A DNA stretch of 51,452 bases, counting the filler, from Streblomastix strix (Eukaryota), in assembly GCA_008636045.1 (NCBI GenBank). It is 3 parts of 3 records of this genome, joined end to end, with 100 filler letters (N's around TTAATTAATTAA, not from the genome) between each part and the next. Parts side by side here need not be neighbours in the genome. Positions count along the whole stretch, not along the records: positions 1 to 17,093 come from SNRW01000727.1; 2 more parts are not named here. The stretch is one strand, 5' to 3'. The notes beneath the pieces were generated by a model. The model was given only the letters and a program-made list of their open reading frames with translations. It was not told where the DNA came from and searched no databases. The position numbers and the translations under genes are program-made. This document shows, piece after piece, positions 1 to 15,000 of the stretch (its first letter is position 1; each line of letters opens with the position of its first letter).

Positions 1-3000
1 GAAGAAGAAGAAAGAAGACAGGCTGAAATGAAGGAGTTGAGGAAGAATAAGCAAAAAGAGATGATGGCTGCACAATCTGACACTAAATAAGGGACATAAG
101 GATAAATGAAGAGAACTGGTGCTGTGCATTAATCTAAAGCATAACTTGCATAACTTGTTATTAAAGATAAGAAAGATAGATAGAGGGAGAAGAAGGATGA
201 ATAAGATGACGAATTAAAGAAGAAACAATAGAAGAAACCTCCAACTCCTTCTGGTTTGTATTTAAGAAATATATATTTAGTTGTATCAATTATATATTCA
301 TATTCATTTTCATATTCATTATATGTAGATTAAGTAGATAAAAGATCCAAATCAGCCCAGTAATTGACCAAAGATGGCAAAGTAAGAATAGGAGGATATT
401 AGAGAGCCAATAAATTAAAGAATAAAGTAGAATAACTAAACAAAGACAAATCCCAGTCTCCATTAAAGAAAGAATAAACCCTATTGGAGAAGTATGATTA
501 CTTATCAGATGAAGAAAGAGCCAGATTGGAGCGAGAAAATGAAAGAGAAGAAAGAGAAAGAGAGAAAGAGAAGCAACCTTTTGTTATTCCTTATTTCTCT
601 CCTTTCGCATCTGAACCTGCTCCCATTAAATACCCTGAAGGTATATACATTGAATTATGAGCTTTATATATATATATGATTCATTCTTTATTATATTAAT
701 TAATAAGGTTTTATTGATCCAGCTATAATAGCAAGATAAAAGAAAGAAGAAGAAATAAGAAGAAAGAAAGAAGAAGAGGAAGAAGAAGGATATGGAATAA
801 TGGCTGGTATATGTTATATTCATTTTGATTTATATTATACAATAATATATTATATAAGGAAAATATTATTATTATTATTAATTCATATTGTGTTACTCTA
901 TAATATTTAATAGTTCCAAAAGAGAAAAAAGAAGTGAAGATTGAAGATTATTCAGGTGAAGAATACATTGAAATTAGTAAAAGATTTATTCCTCTTATTA
1001 AAATAGAACTATTACTTTCATAGGTACTATAAAATATATTGTGATCTATTTAATATTGCCTAACTAATCATATATTTCTACAAAATATTATTATATATTA
1101 TATTTTATTTTAAGGGAGGAACAGCTATTAATAGAGACCAATCAAAATTAACATTCTCTCCTTCAATTGATGAAATGACAGATTGTCTTCATGATCAAGT
1201 TTTTATTAAGAATTATAAATATAAAAATTATTATTATATAAAACACATTTATATTTTACTTTCATTATATTAATATGTGTTAACATTAATGAATATGAAT
1301 ATTTCATAGGTAACATTATTCTTAATAGATGCATGCTCAGTTGAAAGACTTCTGCTTAATCCAAAATTTAGAACATATACTTCTGGTTCTATTGGAGAAT
1401 AGTAATAATCTTCTGGTTTGTAAATAATATTAATATATATATTATCATTAATGATATTAATTCATTATTATAACTTTATTATATCTGTGAAATTATATTA
1501 TTATTATATAGCACCAGTGTAATAGTAGGCATAACAGCAACCTCCAACATCTGCACCTTCACAATCTATGAATATTCTTCCTCCTATTGGAGGTATATTA
1601 TATTAATATACTATATTTGAAGGATATTGATTGATTATTCATAGAAATAATGAGTTTAATATGCTAATAATATAAATATAATAATAAATAATTATTATAT
1701 TATTTTTGTTTTATAATACCTAGATGAAAATTAGACTTAATTATAAGCACCATCATTATCATAAATGTCTGGAGCTGAATCTATTGCTTCACTTATGGAT
1801 TCCAGGTATTATTATTTTATAAGAGAATAATTATTGACTGAAATGGATACAAATATTATTAATATTTGTTTATTAATAAATATAAACAATTATTATATAT
1901 TCAGATGTTAAGACGATAAATTATTTTCAAATTTAAGAAATGAAATTAAATAAACTATTACTGAAGCATATACAAAGGTTTATTAAATATATAGAATTTG
2001 ATGAATGCTAATGAAATTAATTTTATATGTTACAGTCAACAAGACATTGCACATTCTATGTTCCATTTGCTGAACTTCTAAAAGGGCATGTTACTGTTAA
2101 GGAAGTATACAAATTACTATTATATTAATAGTATTAATAATTATGTATACATTCTGTATTTAATAGGTAGAAATATTAAAATAATATACTAAAGAGAATG
2201 CAGAAAGAGGATTAAACATTGAAGGATTGACATTTGAAGACAGAGATGGGAGTAAAACTAAATCCAAAAAGAATAAGGATGAAGATAAAGATAAAGAAAA
2301 GAAATGGAAAGAAGAAAGAAAAAGAAAAAGAAAAGCCAAAAAATTAGTGAAAAGAAAAGAAAAGAATTAAGAAGAAGAAGATCTGGATGATGAAGGGTTT
2401 AAAAACAACAATAAAGAAGGAGAAGATAAATAAGAAGGAGAAGATAAATAAGAAGGAGAAGAAGAGGAAGAAGAAGAAATAGATGTTCATTAAATGGAGA
2501 AAGAAGAGCATTAGAAGGAAATAGAGTGGTCAAGAGCCAGGGAAGATCTTCTTCTTACTTTACCTTAATTCTTTTATCATCATTCATTATCTTCAGCTAA
2601 AAGGAATTATGGAGAAATGAAGGAAGTTAATAATAGTAATTTTAATAATTAACTGATTAATTAAGCATAGTAAGCACTTACAGATAGTGTATCAAATATT
2701 TTACACTTTGCTACATTAAAAGGAATATTATATTAATTAGTAAAAGATTTAGTAATATTATAGGAGAAATAAAGTAGCACTTCACCCACACCACAATCAT
2801 CCTCATAATAATCTTAATTATAATTTAATTCTTTACAATAATAAATATAATAACAAATATTAAGTACAACAACCAAAGTAAATACTGAAATAAAAGAGAA
2901 AGAGAAGGAGAAAGATAAAGATAAAGATAAGGATAAGGATAAAGAAGGATCTGGAGTGACAACTAAAGATGAAAGAAGAGACATGTTAATTGGATAAATA

Positions 3001-6000
3001 ATATAATCAGAATTTGGGAAATATTTTGAATAGACTTAATACTTACTTACTGATAACTATTATTTAGCGGTCACTTAATTCATTAATGTTAATTCATACT
3101 TTAATATTTATTCTGTTAGTGGAGGATAAACAACAAGCAATACCAATATTAATCTTGTTGCTAGTCCCACTAAAACTGATATTGAACAGGATGGTATTAT
3201 TATGATATAAATACTATAAATGATTCTAATGGTTTATTATTTATTATTATTATCATTGTTTATAAATAAGATAAAGATGGAAAAGAACTTAGTAAATCTA
3301 AATCAAAGGCTAAACTAACACCTTAATAAATAAAGGAACAGGAGGAAAAGAAGAAGAAAGAAGAAATTAAAAAAAGTTTATAGAGGTACTTAATTTGTAT
3401 TTTAATAAAATATTAACATTTTTTACTATTAAAATATTTGAAAAATGTGATAGAAATTTATTTTATGTTTTTATTTCTCTCTTATTTTATACAAATATTT
3501 TTTTCATTTCTTCGTATATCTCAATAATTTCTTATTTATCATTAAATAATTATATATATATAGATCCAATACAATATTATTAATAGAGTAAGGATAGGCA
3601 ACTCCAAACTAAATAATGAATGCTGCATATTATGGATTTAATGGAGAGACCAATTTGCTTTTCCCAACTAATCCTGATGACCCATCTGAATAAGTTTGGA
3701 TTCATATTAAATAAGATTGAATGAGTTGAATATTAATATAATTTTGTTTTAATCCATATTTTCATTATTACTATTTATATTATTATAATAGACTTTATGG
3801 TTCATTCCAACAGCTAAATGGTTTTAGGATTAATTTGATAGATATTCATCTGAAATTAAAGATATATTAGCCTTAAATAGTTTGAATATTTATTAGAAAG
3901 AAAATATATATATTTTTTAAATTGAAACTATATATTATAAATGTAATAAATATAATTTTATTTTCAATATCATTTTATTGTATTTGTTATATGTAGAATC
4001 AATAAATATTTGTGCACTTGAAATTAAATTGGATCCCCTCAAATTAGCACTTCTTCCATAAATTAAACAATGCTATGATTTATTATGTTCTTTATTACCA
4101 ATTACAGCTGGAGTTCTTAGAAATGCTTTATGTATATTATTATTTAATCTAATTAGTTATTATTTACAAAATTTCTTACACTATTTGTCGCTTTTAAATA
4201 TAATTATATAGAAGCGGAGATTACAAACACATAAAAAATATTTTCGTAAGATCCAAATTCAGTTGAAGACTTTGCATATATACTATCATAATTAACAAAA
4301 GCATAGAATGAATAGGTATTATATAGCAATTATTTATTTAATTAACCATTTTGTGAATGAAAATTTATTGTTTCATTCATTTATTATTATTTACTAATTG
4401 CTATTAATATTTTTTTATGATAGGAGTAAATGTAAGCTAAATTTGATGCGGTAATAGCTTTATATGGAATAATGAAATAATATGAAGGAATGGAAATTGA
4501 TACTTAGGAATAAGCCAATCTTAATTTCTTTGAAAAGGTATATTTATATTATTTAAATATAAAGTTTATGTAAAGTATTAAGAATATGAATAAAGAATTA
4601 TTTGATTTTTAACTGTTAATTATCTTTTTTATTCATTAATGACAATTTTAGGCACATTCATAACTTAGATAAACTATAATGTAAATTGAAATGACTAAAG
4701 AAGATTAAATTAATTATTTTGCAACCCTTCTAGCTGCAAGAGTAAAAGAAACTCACACTGATGTTAAAAAAGTATATATTTATTTTATTTATAATAGCAT
4801 TAATTTTATAAAATAATTTATATATTTGAATGAATACATATTTTATAATGGCAATCTTTATAATTAAATATTAATAGATTAGAAATAGAATAGATGATGG
4901 AGCATTAATAACAATGCCTCCAATTGAACAGCCATAATAAAATTAATAATTAACTTTTGCTTAAAAAGAAGAATTGCAATTCAACGTTAAAGGATTTGAA
5001 GAACTTTTAATATAATCTTAATAATTATAAAAAGAAGTTCAAAAGATTTAAGATAATGTTAGTAAGAATGCTTAATTTTAAGCTTTATTCAACGTTAAAG
5101 AAGATAAGTTTGATGATTTGGCATCAGCTAAGAGTGATATTGATTTGAGGTATTTTTTATATTTAAATTAATAATCATATTATTACTAATACATTCATAA
5201 TTAATTTGTCTTATTTTCTTTTGTTTAAATATAATATTTAGAGTATTATTATGGAAATCAATGATAGAATATGAGTAAATGATGAGTGAGTGGTTACCAT
5301 CTTAATTTAATACTTTGAATCCTGATGTGATAAATTAACAATTAGCCAAATATTAAAAGACTTATAATAAACTGGAAAGAGAATTGCCGCCTAATGGTGC
5401 TGTAATTAAAGCTAAAACTAGGTATTAATACAATTTAGAAATAAGAAAGTTAAATAATAATGAATATATATTATTAATAATTACACTCTCTGATATTTGT
5501 TTATTATCAGAGTACATAAAATGTCTTAAGCTTATCCAGTAGTATTTTGTTTAAGGAATAAAGATTTGAAACCTGCTCATTGGGTTAAAGTAAAAGAAGT
5601 TTTAGATCTTCCTACTGAATATAATGAGGTATTTATTTATCATATACTATAAATTGAAATTATAAAATAAAGAAGAAATATAGGACAAAAGAATATCACT
5701 TTGATATTTATTCACTTTTATTTAATATAATACATAGAATGAATTTACATTAGAATATCTTCTATTTCTTGGTGCATCTGAGAAACGAGGAGAATTAGCA
5801 TAAATATCTGATGAAGCAAGTTCAGAGGCTATTTTAATTGAATAATTGCATCAAGTCATGGACAAATGGTAACATTTAGAACTTCATGCCAAACCATTTC
5901 ATTCAGAATCATATTTACTTGTTGATATTGATGATTTAATGAGAGAATTGGATGATTCACAGGTATTAATAATATATTTAATGATATATAATTATTATCA

Positions 6001-9000
6001 TTATTATATAATATACGATATTATATGAATTAGGTATCATTAGCAACAATAAGAGGATCAAGACATGTTGGTGCTATAAAAGAGATGGTCGACTTTTGGG
6101 TTAATAGATTGGCATATTTCTCAGAATGCTTGGATGTCTGGTTAACATTCTAATAGAAATGGCTTTCTTTAGAACCTGTTTTCTAAAGTGATGAATTATT
6201 GAAGGTATAAAAGATATGATATAACAGTTGAAGAGAAAATTAAAATGAAATTCTTATATTAGTATTAATAACTATATTAACTTTATTTTACTTCCATTAT
6301 AACAATTCAATGAATAGGAATGGGCAAAGAAGTTCCATGAATGTGATAAGTTTTGGCATGATATTATGAGAGCTGTATATGAATTCCCTTCTGCTTTAAG
6401 AGCCACAACACAACCTGGTCTTGCAAATACATTTAGATAATATAATTAAACTATGGATGAAATATAGGTATTAATTATAAGATATAATTCATATTATCAT
6501 TCATATTATAATATATTTAATATTACTAGTCTGCTCTTAATGGACTTCTTAATACAAAACGTAATGCCTTTGGAAGATTCTTCTTTTTACCAAATGATGA
6601 TTTACTAGAAATATTGAAAGAAGGAAAGAATCCTATGAAAGTATTTAATAATATAATATACATAAAAATTTTGATGTTAATTCTTATAAATTATTATTTT
6701 TTTATTATTTATTACTTAAATTTATTCATAGGTGATGCAATATATGAATAAATTATTTGATAATATAAAAACTCTTGAATTTACATCATTTGAAGATATA
6801 AGAAAAATGGAAATAGTTGCGATGATATCAGGAGAGAATGAAAATGTTTAATTTGGAGATGAAAAAGTATATAATTAAAATATTTTATAATAAAAGAGAA
6901 TAAAAAAAGATAATGATATTGATATTAAAAATACTCTTTTTATTATTCACATATAAAATTATTTATTTCAGGTCATTCCAAGATCAAAACCTGTGGAAGT
7001 TTGGATGAAAGCAGTTGAAACATCAATGAGTAAAGTATTAAGAAAATTATTAAGTGAAGCCATTCAAAGGTATTTATTATAATAATTAAATCTTATTTTT
7101 AACATTATCCCAATTCTTTATATTTATTATATACAAATTAAATAGACATGCAATTCTCCCTCGACCGTAATGGATATTATCAACTAAAGCATAACTTGTT
7201 TTAGCTTGCTCATAAATTGTTTGGACAGCTCAAGTTGAGTCTTGTTTATAATCTGATAAGCCAAATGATGAATTAAAAAAATTATAATAGAGATGTGAAA
7301 AACAATTAGAAGAATTAACTGAAGTTGTAAGATCTGATTTAGATACTTTAGAAAGGGTATGAATGTGAATAATATTATTATGAATTTAATAATAAATATT
7401 ATTATAATATGTAATATAATAGATTTCAGTAGGAGCATTAATAGTAGTAGATGTTCATGCAAGAGATATAGTAGAAGATATGGTAAGAGATTAGATATCA
7501 TCAGTGAATGACTTTGATTGGAAGAAAAGACTCAGATATTATTGGGAAGCACAACCACTTAAATCAGGGAAGCCACCTTCATAGAAATCAATTACTCAAA
7601 TTAATTAAATAATAAATTTAGCAGCTGGTGGATCATTGGGAGGAAAAGAGAAAGGATTAATTGGAGGAATTGGATAAAGGACAGCCAAATAGTAATAATA
7701 ACAAATAGCAGAGAAAACATAATACTTTAATGACATGCCATAAGCAGATAGAAATTCATTCAATGAAGGAGATTGCATGGTCAGATAGACCAATTCTACT
7801 TTCAAATATGGATATGAATATCTTGGTTGTACTCCACGTCTTGTTATAACCCCACTAACAGATCAATGTTATATCACACTCACATCTGCACTGCATCTTA
7901 AATTAGGTGGTGCACCTGCTGGACCAGCTGGAACTGGTAAGACTGAGACATCAAAGGATCTTGCAAAGGCAGTTGCAAGATAATGTGTTGTGTTCAATTG
8001 TTCTGATGGTCTGAATGTTGATACAATGGGTCAGATGTTCAGTGGGATGTGTCAAGCTGGTGCATGGTTCTGTTTTGATGAATTCAATCGTATTGATATC
8101 GAAGTACTTTCTGTTGTAGCTTAGTAGATAAGAGAGATTTAGAATGCTCTTTAAGCAGGATAATCACCTTTCAGTTTCTAAGGAACTGAGATTCCATTGA
8201 ATCCAAATTGTGCTGTTTTCATAACAATGAACCCAGGTTATGCTGGAAGAACTGAACTACCAGATAATCTTAAGTCTCTTTTCAGACCAGTTGCTATGAT
8301 GATTCCAGATTATGCATTAATTGCAGAAATTATGTTATATTCAGAAGGATTCAAGACAGCAAAACCACTTTCATAAAAGATGGTTTAATTATACAAATTG
8401 AGTTCTGAATAACTTTCCTAATAAAGACATTATGATTTTGGTATGCGTGCTGTCAAATCAGTACTTGTAATGGCTGGATAACTTAGAAGAGATAATACAT
8501 AACTATCTGAAGATATTATACTAATCAGAGCAATGAGAGAATCAAATCTCCCAAAATTCTTAGCTGAAGATGTCCCACTGTTTGAAGAGATAGTAAGCGA
8601 TCTATTCCCAGATGCAATTGTACCCAAAAATGATTATGGAGCATTAATGAAGATGCTGGAAAAAGTGAGTAAATAAAAACACCTTTAATTGATTCCTAAT
8701 CAACTTCATAAGACGATTGAATTATATGATACATTTGGAGTTAGACATGGAGTTATGCTTGTTGGTCCAACTCGAGGTGGTAAGACTGTATGCAGAGATA
8801 TATTAGCAGAAGCAATGACAAGATTGAGAGAAGAAGAAAATAATCCAGATGAAAGATTCTAAACAGTTATTCAGAAGCAGATGAATCCTAAATCAATATC
8901 AATTGATGAGATGTTTGGATGTTTCTCTGAATTGACTCAAGAATGGAAAGAAGGTCTTCTTTCATATTTTGTGTCTGATGTTGTCAAAGATGATTCACTT

Positions 9001-12000
9001 ACTAAGAAATGGATTATTTTTGATGGACCAGTTGATACACTCTGGGTTGAATCTCTTAATACAGTACTTGATGATTCAAAGACTCTTTGCTTACCAAATA
9101 GAAAGAGAATCAAGTTGACTCCAACAGTTGCATTGTTATTTGAAGTGGAGAACTTGGATGTTGCATCTCCAGCTACTGTATCCAGATGTGGAATGGTTTA
9201 TATTGATCCTGCTAACTTCCCATGGAGAGCTGTTGTCAAATCATGGATTGAAGCATTACCAGATAATATTTGGGATTAAGATAGAAGACGAGTATTATAT
9301 TAAATGTTTGATAAATATATAGATCCATTATTAAATGTGATAGATGAATCAAATTTATAAGAATAAGTAAGATAGCCTACCCTTACCAAAGTATAAAACG
9401 TAATTAATATAATGGAATCACTGTTTACTCCTAATTTTGGTTTTGCACCAATATTTGGAGCAGATGCATAAGTTGATGAAGAAGATGGAGTAATGACTTT
9501 AACTAATGCAAAATAAGGAAGAGCAAAAAGATCTGCAATGTTATAAGCCATATAATAAGAAGCAAATAAAGGACCAAAAATAATTAAAGATTTGGCTGAA
9601 TTTGAAGGATGTTTAAAGACTCTATTCTATTTCTCATCAATTTGGGGAATTGGTGGATCACTTCATGACAAATCAAAAGATGAGTTTGATGCAATTGTTA
9701 GAAAGACAATTGATGGAGTATTCTTACCTGGAGTTGAATCTGTATATGAAGTAGTTCCTGATTAAGACACTAGGAAGATGGCTGTATGGTTAGTTCCTGA
9801 TTTCAAATATGAATTGGGGATACCATACTTCAATATATTAGTGCCAACAGTAGATACAGTAAGATTCTCATATTTAACAGATATACTAATTGAGCATAAT
9901 ACTCCAACAATGTATGTTGGTGAGACAGGTGTTGGTAAGTCAGTTGTTGCATATGATCTATTTGATAGAACAAGAGAGGAAAAATAGAGATTGCCTGTTA
10001 TAATAAACTTCAGTGCATAAACATCATCTGGAAGAACATAAACTATGATTGAATCTAAGTTATTGAACAGAAGAGATCATTTTGCAGCTCCACCAGGACA
10101 ATCAGTTGTTCTATTCATTGATGATTTCAATATGCCAGCACCAGATACTTTTGGATCTCAACCTCCATTGGAACTTCTCAGATAGATGTTGGGTACAGGA
10201 GGATGGTATGATAGAACCCAATTAGCTTTCAGAGCTGTTAAAGGAGTGTCAACAGTTGCTGCTTGTGGACCTCCAGGTGGTGGTAGAAATAAAGTATCTG
10301 AAAGACTGACTGCACTATTCACTTAATTCAATATACCCCAACCATCAGAGAAATCATTGGTCAGAATATTCAATTCAATCTTAATGGGATATATCTGTGC
10401 ATTACCATTCATTGGAGGTATGAGAGAGCTGGCTCCTTCAATTGTAAGAGCTTCAGTTGATTTATATAATCATGCATTGGCTGAACTTAGACCAACACCA
10501 TCTAAATCGCATTATGTGTTCAATTTAAGAGATCTTTCTAAAGTCTTCTAAGGGATATTATAAGTGAAACCAGAAGGACTGAAAGATGAAGAAGAATTTG
10601 CCAGACTCTGGGCACATGAATCTCTTCGCGTATTCTCTGATCGTCTTACAAATGATGAAGACAGAGCAATATTCTCAAAGAAGATTGTTTAATTGGCAAA
10701 ATAATATATGCATATAACTTGGGATCATGATGATATGTTTGTAAAGAAGACAACATTTGAAGAAAATTCTGATTAGTTGGATAATAAAGAATAGAAACCT
10801 CAATCAACTGCTGAATCAACTGAAGTTCCTAAATCTAATTTCTTACCAATTTGGAGCGATTTGGGGAAACTTCCTGCAGATGAAAGACCATATGAAGAAG
10901 TTACTGATATGAACAAACTATAGATTCAATTATAGAATTCAATCTCTGATTATAATCTGGATTGTGTAGCTAGAAAGACCAAAGAGATGGATTTAGTCTT
11001 CTTCTCAGATGCTATTGATCATATAGCCAGGATAACAAGGATCATCAAACAGCCTCGTGGGAATGCATTATTGGTTGGTGTTGGTGGATGTGGTAAGTAA
11101 TCATTGACAAGATTAGCTTCATTTATTGAAGGATATTAATGTTTTGAGATTCAATTGGCTAAGAATTATGGAATGAATGAATTTAGAGAAGATCTAAGGA
11201 AGTTATATGATATTGCAGGAGCTGAAGGATCTTCAGTAGTTTTCTTATTGAGTGATGCATAAATAGTATAAGAATCTTTCTTAGAGGATATTAATGGAAT
11301 ATTAAGCAGTGGAGAAGTACCATCTCTATATGATCCAGTATAAAGAGAATAAGTAATATAAAAGATTAGATAGAATTAGAAAGAAGATGAGAAAGTCCCA
11401 GAAGCTCCAGATGCAGTTATGGCATATATGATATAAAGAGTAAGAGATAAACTTCATATTGTGCTTTGCATGTCTCCAATTGGTGATTCATTCAGAAGAA
11501 GATGCAGAATGTTCCCATCTTTAGTTAATTGCTGCACAATTGATTGGGTTGCAAGTTGGCCTGAGATTGCACTTCACTCAGTGGCTCAGAAGTTTCTATA
11601 AGAAGCATCATTCATTGGAACAGATAAAACATTAGCAAGAAGAGTTGGAGATATTTTAGTTAGAGTTCATATAATGGTTGAAGAAGCTGCAGATCTATTC
11701 TATAAGGAGATGAAGAGGAAGACTTATGTTACTCCTACTCTTTTCTTAGAGATGATTACTCTGATGTTTAAGTTTATGAAAGAAAGAGATGATGCACTCG
11801 AAGAAAAAATCAATAAATATGAGAATGGTGTTAATACACTGAATGAAACAAAGAAGTCAGTTGCTGATATGCAAGTAGATCTAAAGAAGATGGAACCTAT
11901 ATTAAAGATCCAAGGAGAATAGATTAAAGAATTAATGGAGAAGATTCTTATTGATTAAACTAAAACAGCTGAGATTAGAGCTACAGTTACAACTGAAGAA

Positions 12001-15000
12001 GCAATGGTTCGTGTTGAAGCAGATAAAGCATAAGCATTAGCTGGTGAAGCACAAGCAGAGTTAGATAAGATCATGCCTGTCTTCCTTGAAGCTAATAAAG
12101 CTCTTGAATCTCTCTCAAAAGCAGCTATAACTGAAGTTAAGACTTTTGCTAATCCACCAGAAGGAGTTAAGCGTGTAATGAATGCAGTGTGCACTTTGAT
12201 GGGTAAGAAACCAGATTGGGATAATGCAAGATCACTTCTGTCACAGACTAACTTCATCCAGATGCTTCTTAATTTTGATATCACTGAAATAACTGATGCT
12301 GTTGATAGAAAGATGAGACCTTTCATTGAAGATCCAGATTTCAAGCCAGAAAAAGTTGAGTCTGTGTCAAAAGCAGCTGCAAATCTCTGTTAATGGACTG
12401 TTGCTATTGTTGAATTTGCTCGAGTGTCTAAAATAATCGAACCTAAGAAGCATGCAGCAAAAGTTGCATAAGAGAAATTATAAGACCTGTAAACCAAGCT
12501 TGCCATTAAATAGAAATAATTAAAAGATGTGGAAGATGCACTTGCAACAATGTAGGCCAACTTTGAAGCAAAGAAGAACGAATCTGCAGAAACAGAAGCC
12601 ATGATTGCATAAACATAAAAGAGGTTCACAAATGCAACACGTCTTGTAGCAGCACTTGGTGATGAAGGAGTTAGATGGAATGCATCATTGGATTAAGCAC
12701 GAGGATAAAAGAAGCTTATTCTTGGAGATGCTATTCTATCAGCGGCATGTTTGTCTTATTTGGGACCATTTACAGCATAATACAGATAAGAGCTATTAAC
12801 TGAATGGGTGGAGATTAAAAATGAATTGAATATTCCTGGTAGTGAAGTTTTTAACTTAGAAACTGTGCTTTCAACTCCTGTTCAAACAAGAGATTGGTAA
12901 ATACAGGGACTTCCTTCAGATCCACTTTCAATTGAGAATGCTGTATTAGTTACAAATACCAGAAGATGGCCTCTAATGATTGATCCTTAGGTATATAATA
13001 GAATAATATTATTTGTTTGATTCAATTCTTTCTTTATATTTTATATTATTTATATTACTTTAGGGATAAGCCAACAGATGGATCCGAGCAAAAGAAAGAG
13101 ACAATAAATTGAAAGTGATGAGACCAAACGAAAATAATTTTATGAGAACTTTGACTAATGCGATAAGAGTTGGATAACCCATATTGTTGGAAGATGTTGG
13201 AGAGTCACTTGATCCTTAAATAGGTCCTTTATTACTATAATAGACAGTCAGATAGGGAGGGAGAGTTATCATTAGACTGGGAAATTAAGATGTGGATTAT
13301 AATGCAAACTTCAAATTCTTTATTACAACTAAATTAGCAAATCCCCATTACTTACCAGATGTCTGCATCAAAGCTACAATAATCAACTTCACTGTCACAT
13401 CACAAGGACTCGAGGATTAACTATTGGCTGATGTTGTGAAGAATGAGAAAGCTGAATTAGAAGAAGCAAAAGATAAACTTGTTAGAGATATGGCAGCTGA
13501 TGCAAAACTATTAGTATAAACTGAAGCTAAGATTCTTGCACTGCTTAAGTCAACAACTGTTTAGCAATTACTTGATGATCTATCTTTAATTGAAACTCTT
13601 GATTAAGCTAAGAAAACATCAACTGAAATTATGTAAAGGGTCAAAGAAGCAGAAATAACTGAGAAATAATTAATGACAGCAAGAAATGAATACAGACCAA
13701 TGGCTGTGAGAGGATCTGTATTATATTTTGCAATTGTAGATTTAGCTTAATTAGATCCAATGTATTAATATTCACTCATATATTTTAAGAATGTATTTGG
13801 ATTGTCGTTGACAACAACATAAAGGAATAATAATATAAATATAAGATTAAAAACTCTTATTGATGCATTAACTGAATTAGTGTATTCCAACATATGTAGA
13901 GGTCTCTTTGAGAAGCACAGATTATTATTCTCATTCATAATGGCTACTTAAATAGCAAAGAAAGCTGATGAAATATGTTAAAAAGAATGGGACGTATTTA
14001 TGAGAGGAGCTTCTTTAGCATTATAATCTCCATCTAATGATACAAAAAGGATTAATCCATAACCTCCTTAGTTTATATTCCCTTCTCAAGAAGAAATTAG
14101 AGAAATGGAAGTATATATTATATTATATTATATATTATATAATAATAGTTAATATAAATACAAAATGAATCAGAATAAGAGATATTATTTATTATATATT
14201 TCTAATACTTATTATTTCTATTATTATATAATTATAGCTATAAAACGAATAAACCCCTTAATCTCTTAATTCATCAATCCAAACTCCTATTACTTAATAA
14301 GGTATAAATTAATTATGTTTATCAATTTATTGTAGTATTAGAATTTATATTTATCAATTAATCATATCATCTCTTATATATTATTATATTTGATAGGATC
14401 AAATGTAATACAAAATGGAAGTATATTCCCTTATTTAGGAACAATCGAATAGAAATCCTGGAATGAATTAGTAGCATTGGATTAAAGGTAAATATTTTGT
14501 TAAAATATATTTGTGTAAATAAACGAATCACATGTATTAATTTATGAACATAATTGGTTATTATTATTATTATTATTATTATATGATTAATAGATGGGAT
14601 GAAGTATTTGGAGGATCGTCAAAAGCATTATCTGAATCTAAGGACTAAGTTGAATAATGGATTTAAATATTATAAACATCTGAACCAATGCTATCTACTT
14701 TTCCAAGGTTTATTATTAGTTGAAAATATTAAGAGAATTATAAAGATAATATCCAATAATATTTTATATATTTTTTTTATGTATTATCCATGTAATATTA
14801 GATGTGTTACGCTTGCTCCATCATCACTAACATAATTATAATAAAGATTAACATTATTTTAAAGATTAATTCTAATTAAAACAATAGCACCTAAAACACT
14901 ATCTAATTGTACAATGACATATGTAAGAGAAAGATTAGGTGAAATATTTACAAGATCTCCTCCTCTTGACCTTGAAAAAGCTTATGGTGACTCATCCAAG

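Noticed and set aside
8881..12393. Several short dynein-like ORFs suggesting a fragmented or pseudogenised dynein
   Set aside because: They are all one frame of a single exon once TAA/TAG are read as Gln.
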